Source of the DNA: Fibrobacteria bacterium
Lineage (GTDB): Bacteria > Fibrobacterota > Chitinivibrionia > Chitinivibrionales > FEN-1185
Direction: 5' to 3'
Length of the DNA stretch: 64,000 bases
NCBI GenBank assembly: GCA_037447435.1
Contig: JBBIGR010000004.1
Span: 128,001 to 192,000, forward strand
The notes beneath the pieces were generated by a model, which was given only the letters and a program-made list of their open reading frames with translations, did no database searches and had not been told where the DNA came from. This document shows positions 20,480-30,025 of this stretch, in pieces (position 1 is the first letter of the stretch; the number at the start of each line of letters is the position of its first letter). A program made the translations under genes and the position numbers.

Positions 20480-21166
20480 TTATCTTTCTTGTTGCAACGT
20501 AAATTCCGTAAATTCTATATCTGCGATTTGACCTTTTTCGAGTAAAGAATTGAGTCCCGACCTAAGGCCTATGCGCAGCGAATCGACGACGATATCGTCG
20601 AGTGATTTTCCAGACAGTGATTTTTGAACCATGACTTTCAAATTATCGCGTTTTACAAGGATTTCCTTTTTTAAATCTTTATTGGCCGAAAACGACAGCT
20701 TAAGCGACACCTTCAACTTGGGTTGTGTTTTATCAATTAACTTACACAATATTCCCGCGAGTGCGACGGAATCTTTCGGCAAATCGGCCACAACGGGAAG
20801 GGATTCCTGTACAATTTTTTGCGTCGGTTCAACCGCTTTTTGAATCGGTTGGGGTTCGGCTTTTTTTGGCACAACCGCATTGTCTTTGGGCCTTTGTTCA
20901 ATTTTCTCCTGCGGTGCCTTGACTTCTTCGACAGCCGGTTTTTCAACGGTTGAAAAAACAGCGTCATTTTGCGGTTGAGCAGACTGTGCCGATTCCCGGG
21001 CAGCCTGTACCGGCGATTCATTTTTCTTGTTTTTCGAAAGCAATAAATCACTGTTATTGCGGATAAAAAGTCCTATTGCGAAACCGACGGCTAAGATGCC
21101 GACAATTATCCAGAGGATATTTTTAGATTGTCCGCGTTTTTTATCCGCCCATGAAGATTCAGCCAT
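20480..21166 (-). CDS. fliL: FliL-family flagellar basal-body-associated protein with long linker
   Basis: Single N-terminal TM, P/E/Q/K-rich linker, C-terminal LKVSLKL...LSGKSLDDI...[21 protein letters not shown]. Confidence 0.7.
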   Translation of the reverse strand: MAESSWADKKRGQSKNILWIIVGILAVGFAIGLFIRNNSDLLLSKNKKNESPVQAARESAQSAQPQNDAVFSTVEKPAVEEVKAPQEKIEQRPKDNAVVPKKAEPQPIQKAVEPTQKIVQESLPVVADLPKDSVALAGILCKLIDKTQPKLKVSLKLSFSANKDLKKEILVKRDNLKVMVQKSLSGKSLDDIVVDSLRIGLRSGLNSLLEKGQIADIEFTEFTLQQER

Positions 21167-21255
21167 TACACACCATAAAAAACGCCGGCATCACAATTCG
21201 CAGGCAGAATAAAGGGTTATCCGAGAAATAGTTTTGAGAATACTGCCGCACAGGT

Positions 21256-21570
21256 TCATGCTTCCTCAACTTTGCAAGAAAGAGGCACGCCACGGGAAAA
21301 CTTATCAACTAAATCGCCCAAAAGCTTTTGCTGTTCGGCGTTTAGCGATTCAAAATGCATCCCGAGCCTAAAGCCTTGAACACGTTCCTGGCAATACACG
21401 ACACGTGCACTTAATTTCAGGGAATTAATCGTAATGGAAAGAACAGCGTCCTTTTCTTTTTTCTTATCGTGATGGCAGCAAACGCCTGTTTTGCTCAAAT
21501 CAAAAAGCACAGGTTCATTTTCACCGTTAAGATTAAGAAACTCAATGCGTTCGCTGGCTCTGTCCTTCAT
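21256..21570 (-). CDS. Stand-alone PilZ-domain protein
   Basis: RASER (RxxxR) and DLSKTG (DxSxxG) c-di-GMP motifs; ARVVY...LGMHF. Confidence 0.85.
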   Translation of the reverse strand: MKDRASERIEFLNLNGENEPVLFDLSKTGVCCHHDKKKEKDAVLSITINSLKLSARVVYCQERVQGFRLGMHFESLNAEQQKLLGDLVDKFSRGVPLSCKVEEA

Positions 21571-21803
21571 ACGTTTCTCCTGGTAATGGGATTAGAAGGA
21601 ACCCATAGCAAATGCTGTGGGGACCACGGCCCGGATATAAAGATATTATTATAGATATGGCTTTGTAAAAATAATTATCGTTATATGCGCATTTGGGATT
21701 TTTTTCAAAAAAAGAAGTTTTCCTCAATCCTGGCCATATCCGGCCCTTGGACATTGTTAACCCCGAGATTGTTTCTTTGTTATCGGTCCGAGAATATGCG
21801 GTT

Positions 21804-23795
21804 TTATTCGGAAGGAACGGATTGTCCGGAAAAGAGTATCCCTTTTTTTGCATCATAGGTTATTGTGAATTCACGTATTGCGGATTTTAATGTCGATACG
21901 GAGTCGCCAATTCTAACGCATAAATCCGGAAACGCCTGCTTTCGAATCACTATTTTGCACAGTTGAGGAGTTTCGCTATATGTTTTTTTTATCAATTGCG
22001 GCAATTTAGCCATAAGCGATTCCTGTTGCGAAGCGATTTCCTTAAGCGACGACAATAACGTTTTCAATTGTTGTCTATTCGGCATTGTTTTAAGTTTTTC
22101 CAGCGCATCGGGTTGCTTTAAATCAACACCGATTTCTTTTTGGATACGAATGGCTTTTTTATTGAGTATCGCAACAGATTCCTTGGTAGTCTTTAATACT
22201 TCCAAGGCATCGGGATCTACGCCGCAAAACAACCAGGTAACGTTTGCCGGAGAACCGACGGATTTTAAATCCATACCTTTCATGGACACGAGTTTACCGC
22301 CGATAACACATCCCTTTTCGTCGCTGTTGACACCGTCGCCTTTCACCGTTACCGTACCGTTGCACCATATTTTCGAATCGCTGACGAAACTTTTTACAGC
22401 CAGATTCCCCTCTACATGCAAGCATCCGTTTTGAATAAAACGAATATCGGCATTCCCTTTAACGACAATGTCCGACGTTTCGCCGAAAAGACCGTGACCG
22501 ACAGTAAGCCCTCGTCCGCATCTGATAATCGCACCGTTTTCAATGCTTCCCTTGACAACAAGGTCTTTGCCGCATTCCACTTTAAAACCCGAACGTATGT
22601 CACCGTCGACCAAAATGGAATTGCTCGAATACAAATTTCCGGTTTCCGGCCCGACATTCCCTTTTATGTGAAGCGTCTCGGTCAGGGAAACGGTATGGTC
22701 GGAAAGTGACAGTATCCCGGTTTTCTGTGCGACATATTTGGTTTTCCCGTTTTCATTCTCAACCGCAATATTGTCTCCAGCCGTAAAATCAACGTCCTTT
22801 ACCGGTATCGGAGGAATCGGTCTGCCGAAAACGTCGACGCCGGGATTTCCACAAACCGCATTGATTTTTTCCGCGACAACAGTGCCGACCTCGATTTCAA
22901 TAAAGGGCGATATTTCGTGCAAATCAATATGGCCGGTCTTGTCTTCGACGCCGCTTCGCTTTGCTTGTAAGAATACGGTGATCGTCGCATCGGTGCCGGA
23001 TGTCGGCGGTAATCCGGCCGCGATTACGTATGTCATCATAGTGCCGGCGTTCAATTTGCCGGCAATCGCGGCTTCATCATGCGGGGCATCGACGTTTTTT
23101 ACCGGCAGCGATGTCACGGCCGATGCGTAATCCTTTATCAGGAGTTCGGCGTTGTTCGACACCAGCGGAACAAACACAAAACATTTGCGCATGGAATCGG
23201 CGCTTGCGATTACGGGATCGCGTATGTCCAATCGATCGTCGGCATCGACGGTCACATACCCGTTTTTTGTTGCAATGTAGGAAACAGATACGGGTGTAGA
23301 TTCGATATGGATATTGTTTGTCGCGACAAAATGCTGCATCATCTTGGACCCGGCGCCGATTTCTTTTCCGTAAACATCAAGCGCTTTTCCGGAAATGCTT
23401 TCGCAGCATATTTTTTGTCCTTTCACCGCATAAAAGGCTTTTATACTCACGGGGGATTCGAAATTTTTATCGCAATCCTTCAATACGGTCCGAACCGACA
23501 CGAGCGACGAAAGTATTTTCCGTATATTGGCGTCCGAACCAGGCAGTGTTTCATCACCAAAAGTAATCAGGGGAACCGGAAGGAAGGCCTCTGCGGCAGG
23601 AACGTTGTTTTGTATATCACCGGTCAACACGGCCCGTTTTAAGGCGTCTTGAATTTCGTTCCATTTGATTCCGCTGACAATCCCTTGTGCCTGAAGTTCG
23701 CGGCGTACATCCTCTTCCGTCACCATACCGGTCGCAATGGTAATTGTGGCATTTTTACCGTCGGGTGAAATCCAAAATCGGATATCGTCGGCCAT
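21804..23795 (-). CDS. FapA/DUF342-family protein
   Basis: N-terminal ISPDGKNA..I, GIVSGI; GNPGVDVFGRPI; beta-helix IKGNVGPETGNL..SILVDGDIRSGFKV; C-terminal coiled coil. Confidence 0.85.
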   Translation of the reverse strand: MADDIRFWISPDGKNATITIATGMVTEEDVRRELQAQGIVSGIKWNEIQDALKRAVLTGDIQNNVPAAEAFLPVPLITFGDETLPGSDANIRKILSSLVSVRTVLKDCDKNFESPVSIKAFYAVKGQKICCESISGKALDVYGKEIGAGSKMMQHFVATNNIHIESTPVSVSYIATKNGYVTVDADDRLDIRDPVIASADSMRKCFVFVPLVSNNAELLIKDYASAVTSLPVKNVDAPHDEAAIAGKLNAGTMMTYVIAAGLPPTSGTDATITVFLQAKRSGVEDKTGHIDLHEISPFIEIEVGTVVAEKINAVCGNPGVDVFGRPIPPIPVKDVDFTAGDNIAVENENGKTKYVAQKTGILSLSDHTVSLTETLHIKGNVGPETGNLYSSNSILVDGDIRSGFKVECGKDLVVKGSIENGAIIRCGRGLTVGHGLFGETSDIVVKGNADIRFIQNGCLHVEGNLAVKSFVSDSKIWCNGTVTVKGDGVNSDEKGCVIGGKLVSMKGMDLKSVGSPANVTWLFCGVDPDALEVLKTTKESVAILNKKAIRIQKEIGVDLKQPDALEKLKTMPNRQQLKTLLSSLKEIASQQESLMAKLPQLIKKTYSETPQLCKIVIRKQAFPDLCVRIGDSVSTLKSAIREFTITYDAKKGILFSGQSVPSE

Positions 23796-24706
23796 TATAA
23801 TCCCTCGACAAGGCTGTCGATTTTTTGCGCAAGTCCCGGTGTCTGATGCATGTTATAAGCTTGGATAAGACAAAGGGTTGCTATGGATATATAGCTTCCC
23901 ATAGAATCCGCAAATCTAAAACCGCTGATGCTTCTGGTATCGGGAATCAGGATCGAACCGAGCACCGTTTCTCCCCGCGACAAGAGCAATACGGTCCCTT
24001 CGTCGCCGACTATTTCTTTTTTATCTACCATTGCTTTGGCGCCGAGCGACAATAATGCCTCAGACGGCCGTGCCCCGCAATCCGACGCGACGAGGTCAAT
24101 AAACGGTACATTGATGAAGACCGGCGAAACCTGTAACTGTTCGGCGATGGAAACGCAGATTTTTTCAACGATATGCGTATTTTCAACATCCTCGATGAGC
24201 ATTTGCAATATTTCATTTTTATTCTGCAATTGTATCGTCCGCTCACGGACCTTATCTTCCAGGAGCGCGTTTACTTCAGAGAGTTGTTTGTTTTTAACTT
24301 CCAACTTTTCCAACAAGTCTCTTTTCACTTCTCTGTATTCGTACATTTCAAGCGCATTTTGGATCGACATCCGCAAATCCTCTTTTTGCCAGGGTTTGGC
24401 AATGTATCGCCATACATGACGTTCGTTGATTGCTTGCATGATTTTTTCAATATCCGAATAAGCGGACAATACCATATACACGGAATTCGGGGAGATTTTT
24501 TGCGCTTCGGTCAAAAACGCTATTCCATCCATTTCGGGCATTCGCATGTCCGAAATAACCACGGCAGGTGCATGCAATTTCATTTTGCGCAACGCCTCTT
24601 CACCGCTCGATGCGGTTTCGATGAAAAAAGGTTCACGATGCAGTGTCCTTCGCAGCGAATCGAGCACCATGGGCTCGTCATCGACAAACAAAACAGAATA
24701 TTTCAT
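23795..24706 (-). CDS. Response regulator (REC plus coiled coil plus GAF-like tail)
   Basis: VLFVDDE, ISDMRMPEMDG, RYIAKPW; GGAGG SD before ATG 24706. Confidence 0.88.
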   Translation of the reverse strand: MKYSVLFVDDEPMVLDSLRRTLHREPFFIETASSGEEALRKMKLHAPAVVISDMRMPEMDGIAFLTEAQKISPNSVYMVLSAYSDIEKIMQAINERHVWRYIAKPWQKEDLRMSIQNALEMYEYREVKRDLLEKLEVKNKQLSEVNALLEDKVRERTIQLQNKNEILQMLIEDVENTHIVEKICVSIAEQLQVSPVFINVPFIDLVASDCGARPSEALLSLGAKAMVDKKEIVGDEGTVLLLSRGETVLGSILIPDTRSISGFRFADSMGSYISIATLCLIQAYNMHQTPGLAQKIDSLVEGL

Positions 24707-24734
24707 AGTAGCCTCCGGTAAAACTTTCCCGACA

Positions 24735-25925
24735 TTAATTTCGCTCGACATGTTCCTTCGACAATTCCACAGCAAGTCCGTCGATGTGCGCTTTTTCGGC
24801 TTTGATAATTTCGAAAACGCCTTCGCACAGCAGTGTCGATTCGACCCGTCCCACTATTTTCCAGGAATAATAATCCGCAATATGGACCAAGCAAAGTATT
24901 TCCATATTCGAAACCGAGGGATTAAGCGGTTCATGATGATACATGCATGTTTCTATTATCGATTGCGGAAGATTCCACCAATCAAGCAAATACGCACCCA
25001 TTGCCATATGCGTAACACCCAGTATTCGGGTTTCAGCTTGCTCAATGCTGCATTGCCCGGATTTGATTCGTTTCTGAATCTCCTTGTATTTATCCGGGAA
25101 ATTCCGTATGACCAACAATGTCCCCGTATCATGAAGGAGTCCGCAACACGCGTACTCGTCCGGAACGGCCGCATTATGAATGTTGCGGTACAATCCGTGG
25201 AAAATTCTGTTTGCTATACGCGAATGTTCCCATAACTGTTCCACATCCTGCTGGTTTGGACCAATTGCCGCAAACGATCTGAAAAGCTCGGTGCCGAATA
25301 TCAAATTCTTTATGGTTTCCAAGCCCAAATAAACGAGGGCCTGGGTAATCGCCCCGATTTTAATGCCGTACATCGACGAATTTGCAATATGCAATATCTT
25401 GACCGCGTATTCCGGGTCATTGGAAATGAACTGGGCGATTTCTTCCATAGACTTGTTTTGGTTTATTAAGGTGCACAAATCCTGATACATGACGGGAATG
25501 ACGGGAATGGTCTCCAAGCCATCGATAATTGCGGCGACGGTATTGGTATGTATGGAATCGTACATCATGAACAATCTATCCAAATGCGACTTTAACATAT
25601 CGTTTGAAATCGGCTTGGTCAGATACGATCGTGCGGTCCCGTTTGCTACCGCTTTTATTATGGTGTTTCTGTCGGAATCGCCGCTTAAAATGATCCGGAT
25701 GATATGCGGATACGTTTGTTTTACATACGATAACAACTCGAACCCGCTCATTTCGGGCATTCTCATATCCGAAATAATGAGGTCGAAATGCTGTTGTGCC
25801 AAGATGGTTTTAGCTTCGGCACCGCTCATGGCAATAGAGGCCGTGTAATTGCAATTTCGCAAAACCCGTCCCAAATAGCGCGTTATGCCCTCTTCGTCGT
25901 CCACCACAAGAATTCGCTTGCTCAT
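24735..25925 (-). CDS. REC-HDOD domain protein
   Basis: REC N-terminus; HDOD motifs DPEYAVKILHIANS, WEHS, GLLHDTG, HMAMGAYLLDWWNLP, HHEP. Confidence 0.92.
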   Translation of the reverse strand: MSKRILVVDDEEGITRYLGRVLRNCNYTASIAMSGAEAKTILAQQHFDLIISDMRMPEMSGFELLSYVKQTYPHIIRIILSGDSDRNTIIKAVANGTARSYLTKPISNDMLKSHLDRLFMMYDSIHTNTVAAIIDGLETIPVIPVMYQDLCTLINQNKSMEEIAQFISNDPEYAVKILHIANSSMYGIKIGAITQALVYLGLETIKNLIFGTELFRSFAAIGPNQQDVEQLWEHSRIANRIFHGLYRNIHNAAVPDEYACCGLLHDTGTLLVIRNFPDKYKEIQKRIKSGQCSIEQAETRILGVTHMAMGAYLLDWWNLPQSIIETCMYHHEPLNPSVSNMEILCLVHIADYYSWKIVGRVESTLLCEGVFEIIKAEKAHIDGLAVELSKEHVERN

Positions 25926-27635
25926 CTATTGCCTCCGCTTAGGAAGTTTAATGGTAAAACAAGTGCCCTTGCCAAGCTCGGTGTCGACCCCTATTTCACC
26001 CTTATGACGATTCACAATAATATCCCAGGCAATGTTCAACCCCAGCCCCGTGCCTTTTCCAACCGGTTTTGTCGTAAAAAAGGGTTCAAATATCTTTTTT
26101 ACATTTTCTTCCTTAATTCCCGGCCCGTCATCCGCAATGGAGCAATATACCGAATCGTCATCTTCCAGGGTGGCGACCGTGATAAGGCCTTTACTCGCCC
26201 GGTGCTGCTCAGCGATCGCTTGGGCGGCATTGACGATAATATTCAGAAAAACCTGGTTCATTTCTCCAATATTGCAATAGACGGGGGAAACATGCGAAAA
26301 GTCGGTCTTAATATCAGCATAATATTTGATTTCGTTTTTTGCAACCATAAGCGTGCTTTTGAGATGCTCTTCGATATCGGCCTCTACCTGATCGTTTTTC
26401 TGCCCCACCCTCGCAAAGTCCTTTAAATTCGCAACGATATCGACGACACGCCTAAGCCCGCCGATATTATCTTTGAGCAACCCGCCGACATCGCCGAGAA
26501 TATATTCGATATCCAATCGTTTTTTTATATCGTCAATTTGATCCGGCGTCAATTTGCTTTCATAAAATCCGATCAATTCCTTGATCGATTCAAAATATTC
26601 GGCCAACGTCTCCGAATTGCCGAGGACGTAACCGACAGGATTGTTTATTTCATGGGCAACGCCGGCGGCCAGTTGGCCGATACCTGCAAGTTTTTCGGAC
26701 TGTATCAATTGAAGATGCGCGCTTTTAACTTCCTGCTCGGCCTGTTCGCGTACCATGATTTCATACTGCATCTGCACGTTTACTTTACCGAGTTCCTCAG
26801 CGCGTTCCTCAATTTCCTGCTGGGACTTTGCCAATTTTTCCGTCATCTCGTTAAACCCTTTGGCAAGTTCGCCGATTTCATCATTCGATGAAACCGCCAC
26901 CTTCTGATCAAGTTTCCCCTCGGCAATTTCGTAGACATGATTGGTAAGCGACTTGAGCGGCTTCACAATAGTTTGCAACAAATAAATTCCGAAAAACAGA
27001 AGAATGGCCGAAACGGTCAGGATTACGATAACCGCCAATCGCAGGGAATGATGGGCAATATCGGCGGTTTCCTTGGCAGCCATCCGGATCGTATATACCG
27101 ACGATTCGAAAGCTTTATCGTATTGCATGCCCCTGCCCGAAAAATATTGACGAAGCGAAAACTGATATTTTGCCTTTTCATCGGCATAGAGTTTGCCGTC
27201 CAATATTGAAATTGCCTTTTGCGATTCTCCGTTTTTAACGCAATCAATGGACTGATGCTCAAGTTTGCATAACAGGTCGTTGCTGTTTTTTAATATCACA
27301 AAAAACGGTTTGATTTCTATTGTGCTTTCGTCAACCCCCTGGGCGATGGCATCATCGAGTTCCGCTTCATGTTCATAATACTGCTGCACCCATGCCTTAT
27401 TTCCGGTAAAGGCGTAATTTCGTGCACATTGAGTCAGAATTTCGTCGTTTAACCGGATAAGGCTTGCTAATCCGTCAATACGGAGCATTTTGCTCACAGT
27501 ATCGATGCTTTGCGGTATATCGTTTTCTATAGGATCGGATATTTTTTTAATGAGCCCGACGAAAAAAAACGTCATGCCAAGGACATTCACCAATGCCGCA
27601 AAAAAAACGATAATGAATTTTGTACGGATTTTCAT
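25926..27635 (-). CDS. HAMP-domain sensor histidine kinase (NtrB-like core)
   Basis: Two TM with periplasmic domain, HAMP (DEIGELAKGFNEM), GVAHEINNP, NQVFLNIIVNA, DDGPGI, FFTTKPVGKGTGLGL. Confidence 0.95.
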   Translation of the reverse strand: MKIRTKFIIVFFAALVNVLGMTFFFVGLIKKISDPIENDIPQSIDTVSKMLRIDGLASLIRLNDEILTQCARNYAFTGNKAWVQQYYEHEAELDDAIAQGVDESTIEIKPFFVILKNSNDLLCKLEHQSIDCVKNGESQKAISILDGKLYADEKAKYQFSLRQYFSGRGMQYDKAFESSVYTIRMAAKETADIAHHSLRLAVIVILTVSAILLFFGIYLLQTIVKPLKSLTNHVYEIAEGKLDQKVAVSSNDEIGELAKGFNEMTEKLAKSQQEIEERAEELGKVNVQMQYEIMVREQAEQEVKSAHLQLIQSEKLAGIGQLAAGVAHEINNPVGYVLGNSETLAEYFESIKELIGFYESKLTPDQIDDIKKRLDIEYILGDVGGLLKDNIGGLRRVVDIVANLKDFARVGQKNDQVEADIEEHLKSTLMVAKNEIKYYADIKTDFSHVSPVYCNIGEMNQVFLNIIVNAAQAIAEQHRASKGLITVATLEDDDSVYCSIADDGPGIKEENVKKIFEPFFTTKPVGKGTGLGLNIAWDIIVNRHKGEIGVDTELGKGTCFTIKLPKRRQ

Positions 27636-27685
27636 ACGATTCCCATGTTCACTCTCATCGGTGCCGACACGTTTAAATAATTCGT

Positions 27686-28684
27686 TTACCTGATTATTTC
27701 TTTGGCTTGACCAATAATATCGTCCGGTACAGGAACATTGAGTCGTGATGCGGTTTGAAGATTGACAATGATATAATCGTCGCGCGGACTTTCGGTTTGA
27801 AGCCAGGTCGGGTCTGCGCCGGAAAGTATCATTGCCGCTTTTTCACCGGAGATCTTGCCGAGCGAATAAAAATCCGCCACATTGCCCACTAAGGCGCCTT
27901 TTTGCACGCCGGCCTTATTACATGAAAAGGAAGGCATTGCATTTCTCCGGCAAAAGGCGATTATGATTTCTTCCCCGCCCGATTGAATTAACGTATCGCA
28001 GGCGGCATAGATCGCATCAACCTTATTTTTAATTTTACCGAGTTGTTGCGTGAGGTCGGCAGTATCCGACGCCGCGATTTCAATAATATTTATATTTCGA
28101 CCTTTTAAAAGTTTTTTAAATTCTTCGAATTGAATAGCGGAATTCGGTTCACCCTTGCGATGGACAAAGGCTATAGATTTTACATTCGGATAAATGCGTT
28201 CAAACGCATAAAATTGACGAGAAGGCGGAACGTAATTTCTGGTGCCGACGCAATTACACCCGGAGTTGGAAATCGAGGCAATAACCCCGGTTTCGACGGG
28301 GTAAGTGACAATGGAAAAAACTATGGGAATTTTTGTCACGATCTTTTTGGCAACCAAGGTGCCGGGAGTCGTTAGAGAGTATATCAAATCAACTTTTTGG
28401 TCCTTGAATTGTTTTATTACGGTTTCCTGCCTAAGCTTGTCGGCATTGCTGATCTGAATGATATATTTGACGTTATCGAATTCTTTATAGCCTCGAGCAG
28501 CCATTTCGTCCTTGAATCCGGACACATTTCTGGAATATTCATTGCTTTGAACCCATTGCGCAATGCCAATTGTATATTTTTTTTTCGAATGCCCGCACTG
28601 GCTTATTCCCGCAACAATGACGATTAAAATGACGGCAACAAATGCCAAGCCGGCTTTTTGCATTATTCTTTTGCATGCATCCAT
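27686..28684 (-). CDS. ABC-type substrate-binding protein (ABC_sub_bind/DUF534-like), probable lipoprotein
   Basis: AGISQC lipobox-like; IGIAQ, VDLIYSLTTP, IPIVFSIVTYPVETG, VNLQTASRLNVPVP. Confidence 0.85.
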   Translation of the reverse strand: MDACKRIMQKAGLAFVAVILIVIVAGISQCGHSKKKYTIGIAQWVQSNEYSRNVSGFKDEMAARGYKEFDNVKYIIQISNADKLRQETVIKQFKDQKVDLIYSLTTPGTLVAKKIVTKIPIVFSIVTYPVETGVIASISNSGCNCVGTRNYVPPSRQFYAFERIYPNVKSIAFVHRKGEPNSAIQFEEFKKLLKGRNINIIEIAASDTADLTQQLGKIKNKVDAIYAACDTLIQSGGEEIIIAFCRRNAMPSFSCNKAGVQKGALVGNVADFYSLGKISGEKAAMILSGADPTWLQTESPRDDYIIVNLQTASRLNVPVPDDIIGQAKEIIR

Positions 28685-28704
28685 AACAGCATCCTTTGCG
28701 TCGC

Positions 28705-29274
28705 CTATTCGCCTATCAATGTATGAACATGTGCAAGAAATTCATCTTGCGAAACACCTTTCATACACGCGTCGTCGGCACCGATTTTCATTGCATCGTC
28801 TATTTCCGATTTTCCAAGGGCCGATAATAAAAGAATTTTTGTATCGGTAAAATCGGGATTTTCACGTATAAACCTGACAACGTCTTTTCCGCTCATTGCC
28901 GGCATATTCAAATCCAACGTCACCAAGTCGGGTTTGAAACTTCCAAGTATTGCTCCTGCGGAAAACCCATCGGATGCGATTTTCGTTTCATACCCTTTCA
29001 TTCGAAAAGTCCTTTGAATTGATTTTGCGAATTCGATTTCGTCGTCAACGATTAATACCCGTTTTTTACCCGGTTTTAATTCTTGCGGGATTGGGAGATT
29101 ATTTGATTTTAAAAACAATAGAAAATCATTTAGTTCTATTCTGTTATCGCCTCTGGCTCCCGGTAGTTTAAACGCCTTAAGTTCTCCCCGCTCTATCCAT
29201 CGTAAAACGGTTTTCAGCGTTACGCCGCAAAATTTGGCGATTTCCCCGGTAGTAAGATTTTTTTTATTGTCCAT
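28705..29274 (-). CDS. Excisionase-type (HTH_17) DNA-binding domain plus REC response regulator
   Basis: LTTGEIAKFCGVTLKTVLRWIERGELKAFKLPG..RI; REC VLIVDDE, PDLVTLDLNMP. Confidence 0.92.
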   Translation of the reverse strand: MDNKKNLTTGEIAKFCGVTLKTVLRWIERGELKAFKLPGARGDNRIELNDFLLFLKSNNLPIPQELKPGKKRVLIVDDEIEFAKSIQRTFRMKGYETKIASDGFSAGAILGSFKPDLVTLDLNMPAMSGKDVVRFIRENPDFTDTKILLLSALGKSEIDDAMKIGADDACMKGVSQDEFLAHVHTLIGE

Positions 29275-29320
29275 TTTAACACCTTGATTTGCAACAAGTC
29301 ACAATGTGAATAATGCGTAC

Positions 29321-29347
29321 TTCGTGACTTTCATGACTTTCGTGACT
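29321..29347. repeat. Three tandem 9-bp direct repeats, putative operator
   Basis: TTCGTGACT-TTCATGACT-TTCGTGACT, beginning at the predicted +1 of the 29354-29382 promoter. Confidence 0.8.
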
Positions 29348-29353
29348 AACATA

Positions 29354-29382
29354 ATTGTATCCATTATCCTATAAAAAGTCAA
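29354..29382 (-). promoter_or_regulatory. Sigma70-type promoter of the signalling operon
   Basis: TTGACT (29382-29377), 17 bp, TACAAT (29359-29354). Confidence 0.8.
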
Positions 29383-29567
29383 GGGTTTTCCATTCAGAAC
29401 CAAGAAGTCACACCACCTCAAACCGATTCAGCCGTTATCGTGGCTTTGCAATGAATTGAAAGAAAGGGATGGCTATTGATTATTTTACCCATTCCCCAAA
29501 AGGTAAAAGGCATTTTTACTGCCGTAGCTTTCATATCATTGTCCATAGCAAAGGTATTCTATCGAAG

Positions 29568-30005
29568 ATGGCAAAAATTACCACAAAAAAAAAGCATGAT
29601 TGTCCTCAGTGCAAATCGCAATGCTGCAAAAGCGTGACCATAGAAATCGACACGCCCCGCAGCAAAAAGGATTTTGACGAAATCAAATGGTTTGTCCTGC
29701 ATGAAAATGTCATCGTGTACATCGATTTCGACAGAAAATGGAATCTCGAATTTATTTCTCCATGCAAGTCACTTGACAAAAACGGCTTATGCACCATATA
29801 CAAAGACCGGCCGATCATTTGTCGCTTATATCCCAAAGACGACGAATCTTGTGTGTTCGAAGATAATCCGTGCAAGAAAATATTTACAAAAGTGGAAGAG
29901 GTAACCGCCTATTTCGATAAAAAAGTGGAGCGCCGAAGAAAAAAAAGGGCGGCAAAAAAAGAAAATGCAAAACCGGGGGTTTTACATAAGCATGCGAAAA
30001 AATAA
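29568..30005 (+). CDS. YkgJ-family cysteine-cluster protein
   Basis: CPQCKSQCC ... CKSL...CTIYKDRPIICRLYP. Confidence 0.88.
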   Translation: MAKITTKKKHDCPQCKSQCCKSVTIEIDTPRSKKDFDEIKWFVLHENVIVYIDFDRKWNLEFISPCKSLDKNGLCTIYKDRPIICRLYPKDDESCVFEDNPCKKIFTKVEEVTAYFDKKVERRRKKRAAKKENAKPGVLHKHAKK

Positions 30006-30025
30006 TCTCACCGATTACGGTGCAA

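Noticed and set aside
28705..29274. Excisionase-like domain as a sign of a prophage or ICE
   Set aside because: It is fused to REC within a signalling operon; no integrase, att site or phage genes seen.
29321..29347. Possible CRISPR remnant or phase-variable microsatellite
   Set aside because: Only three 9-bp units with no spacers and no cas genes; the position at +1 fits an operator better.
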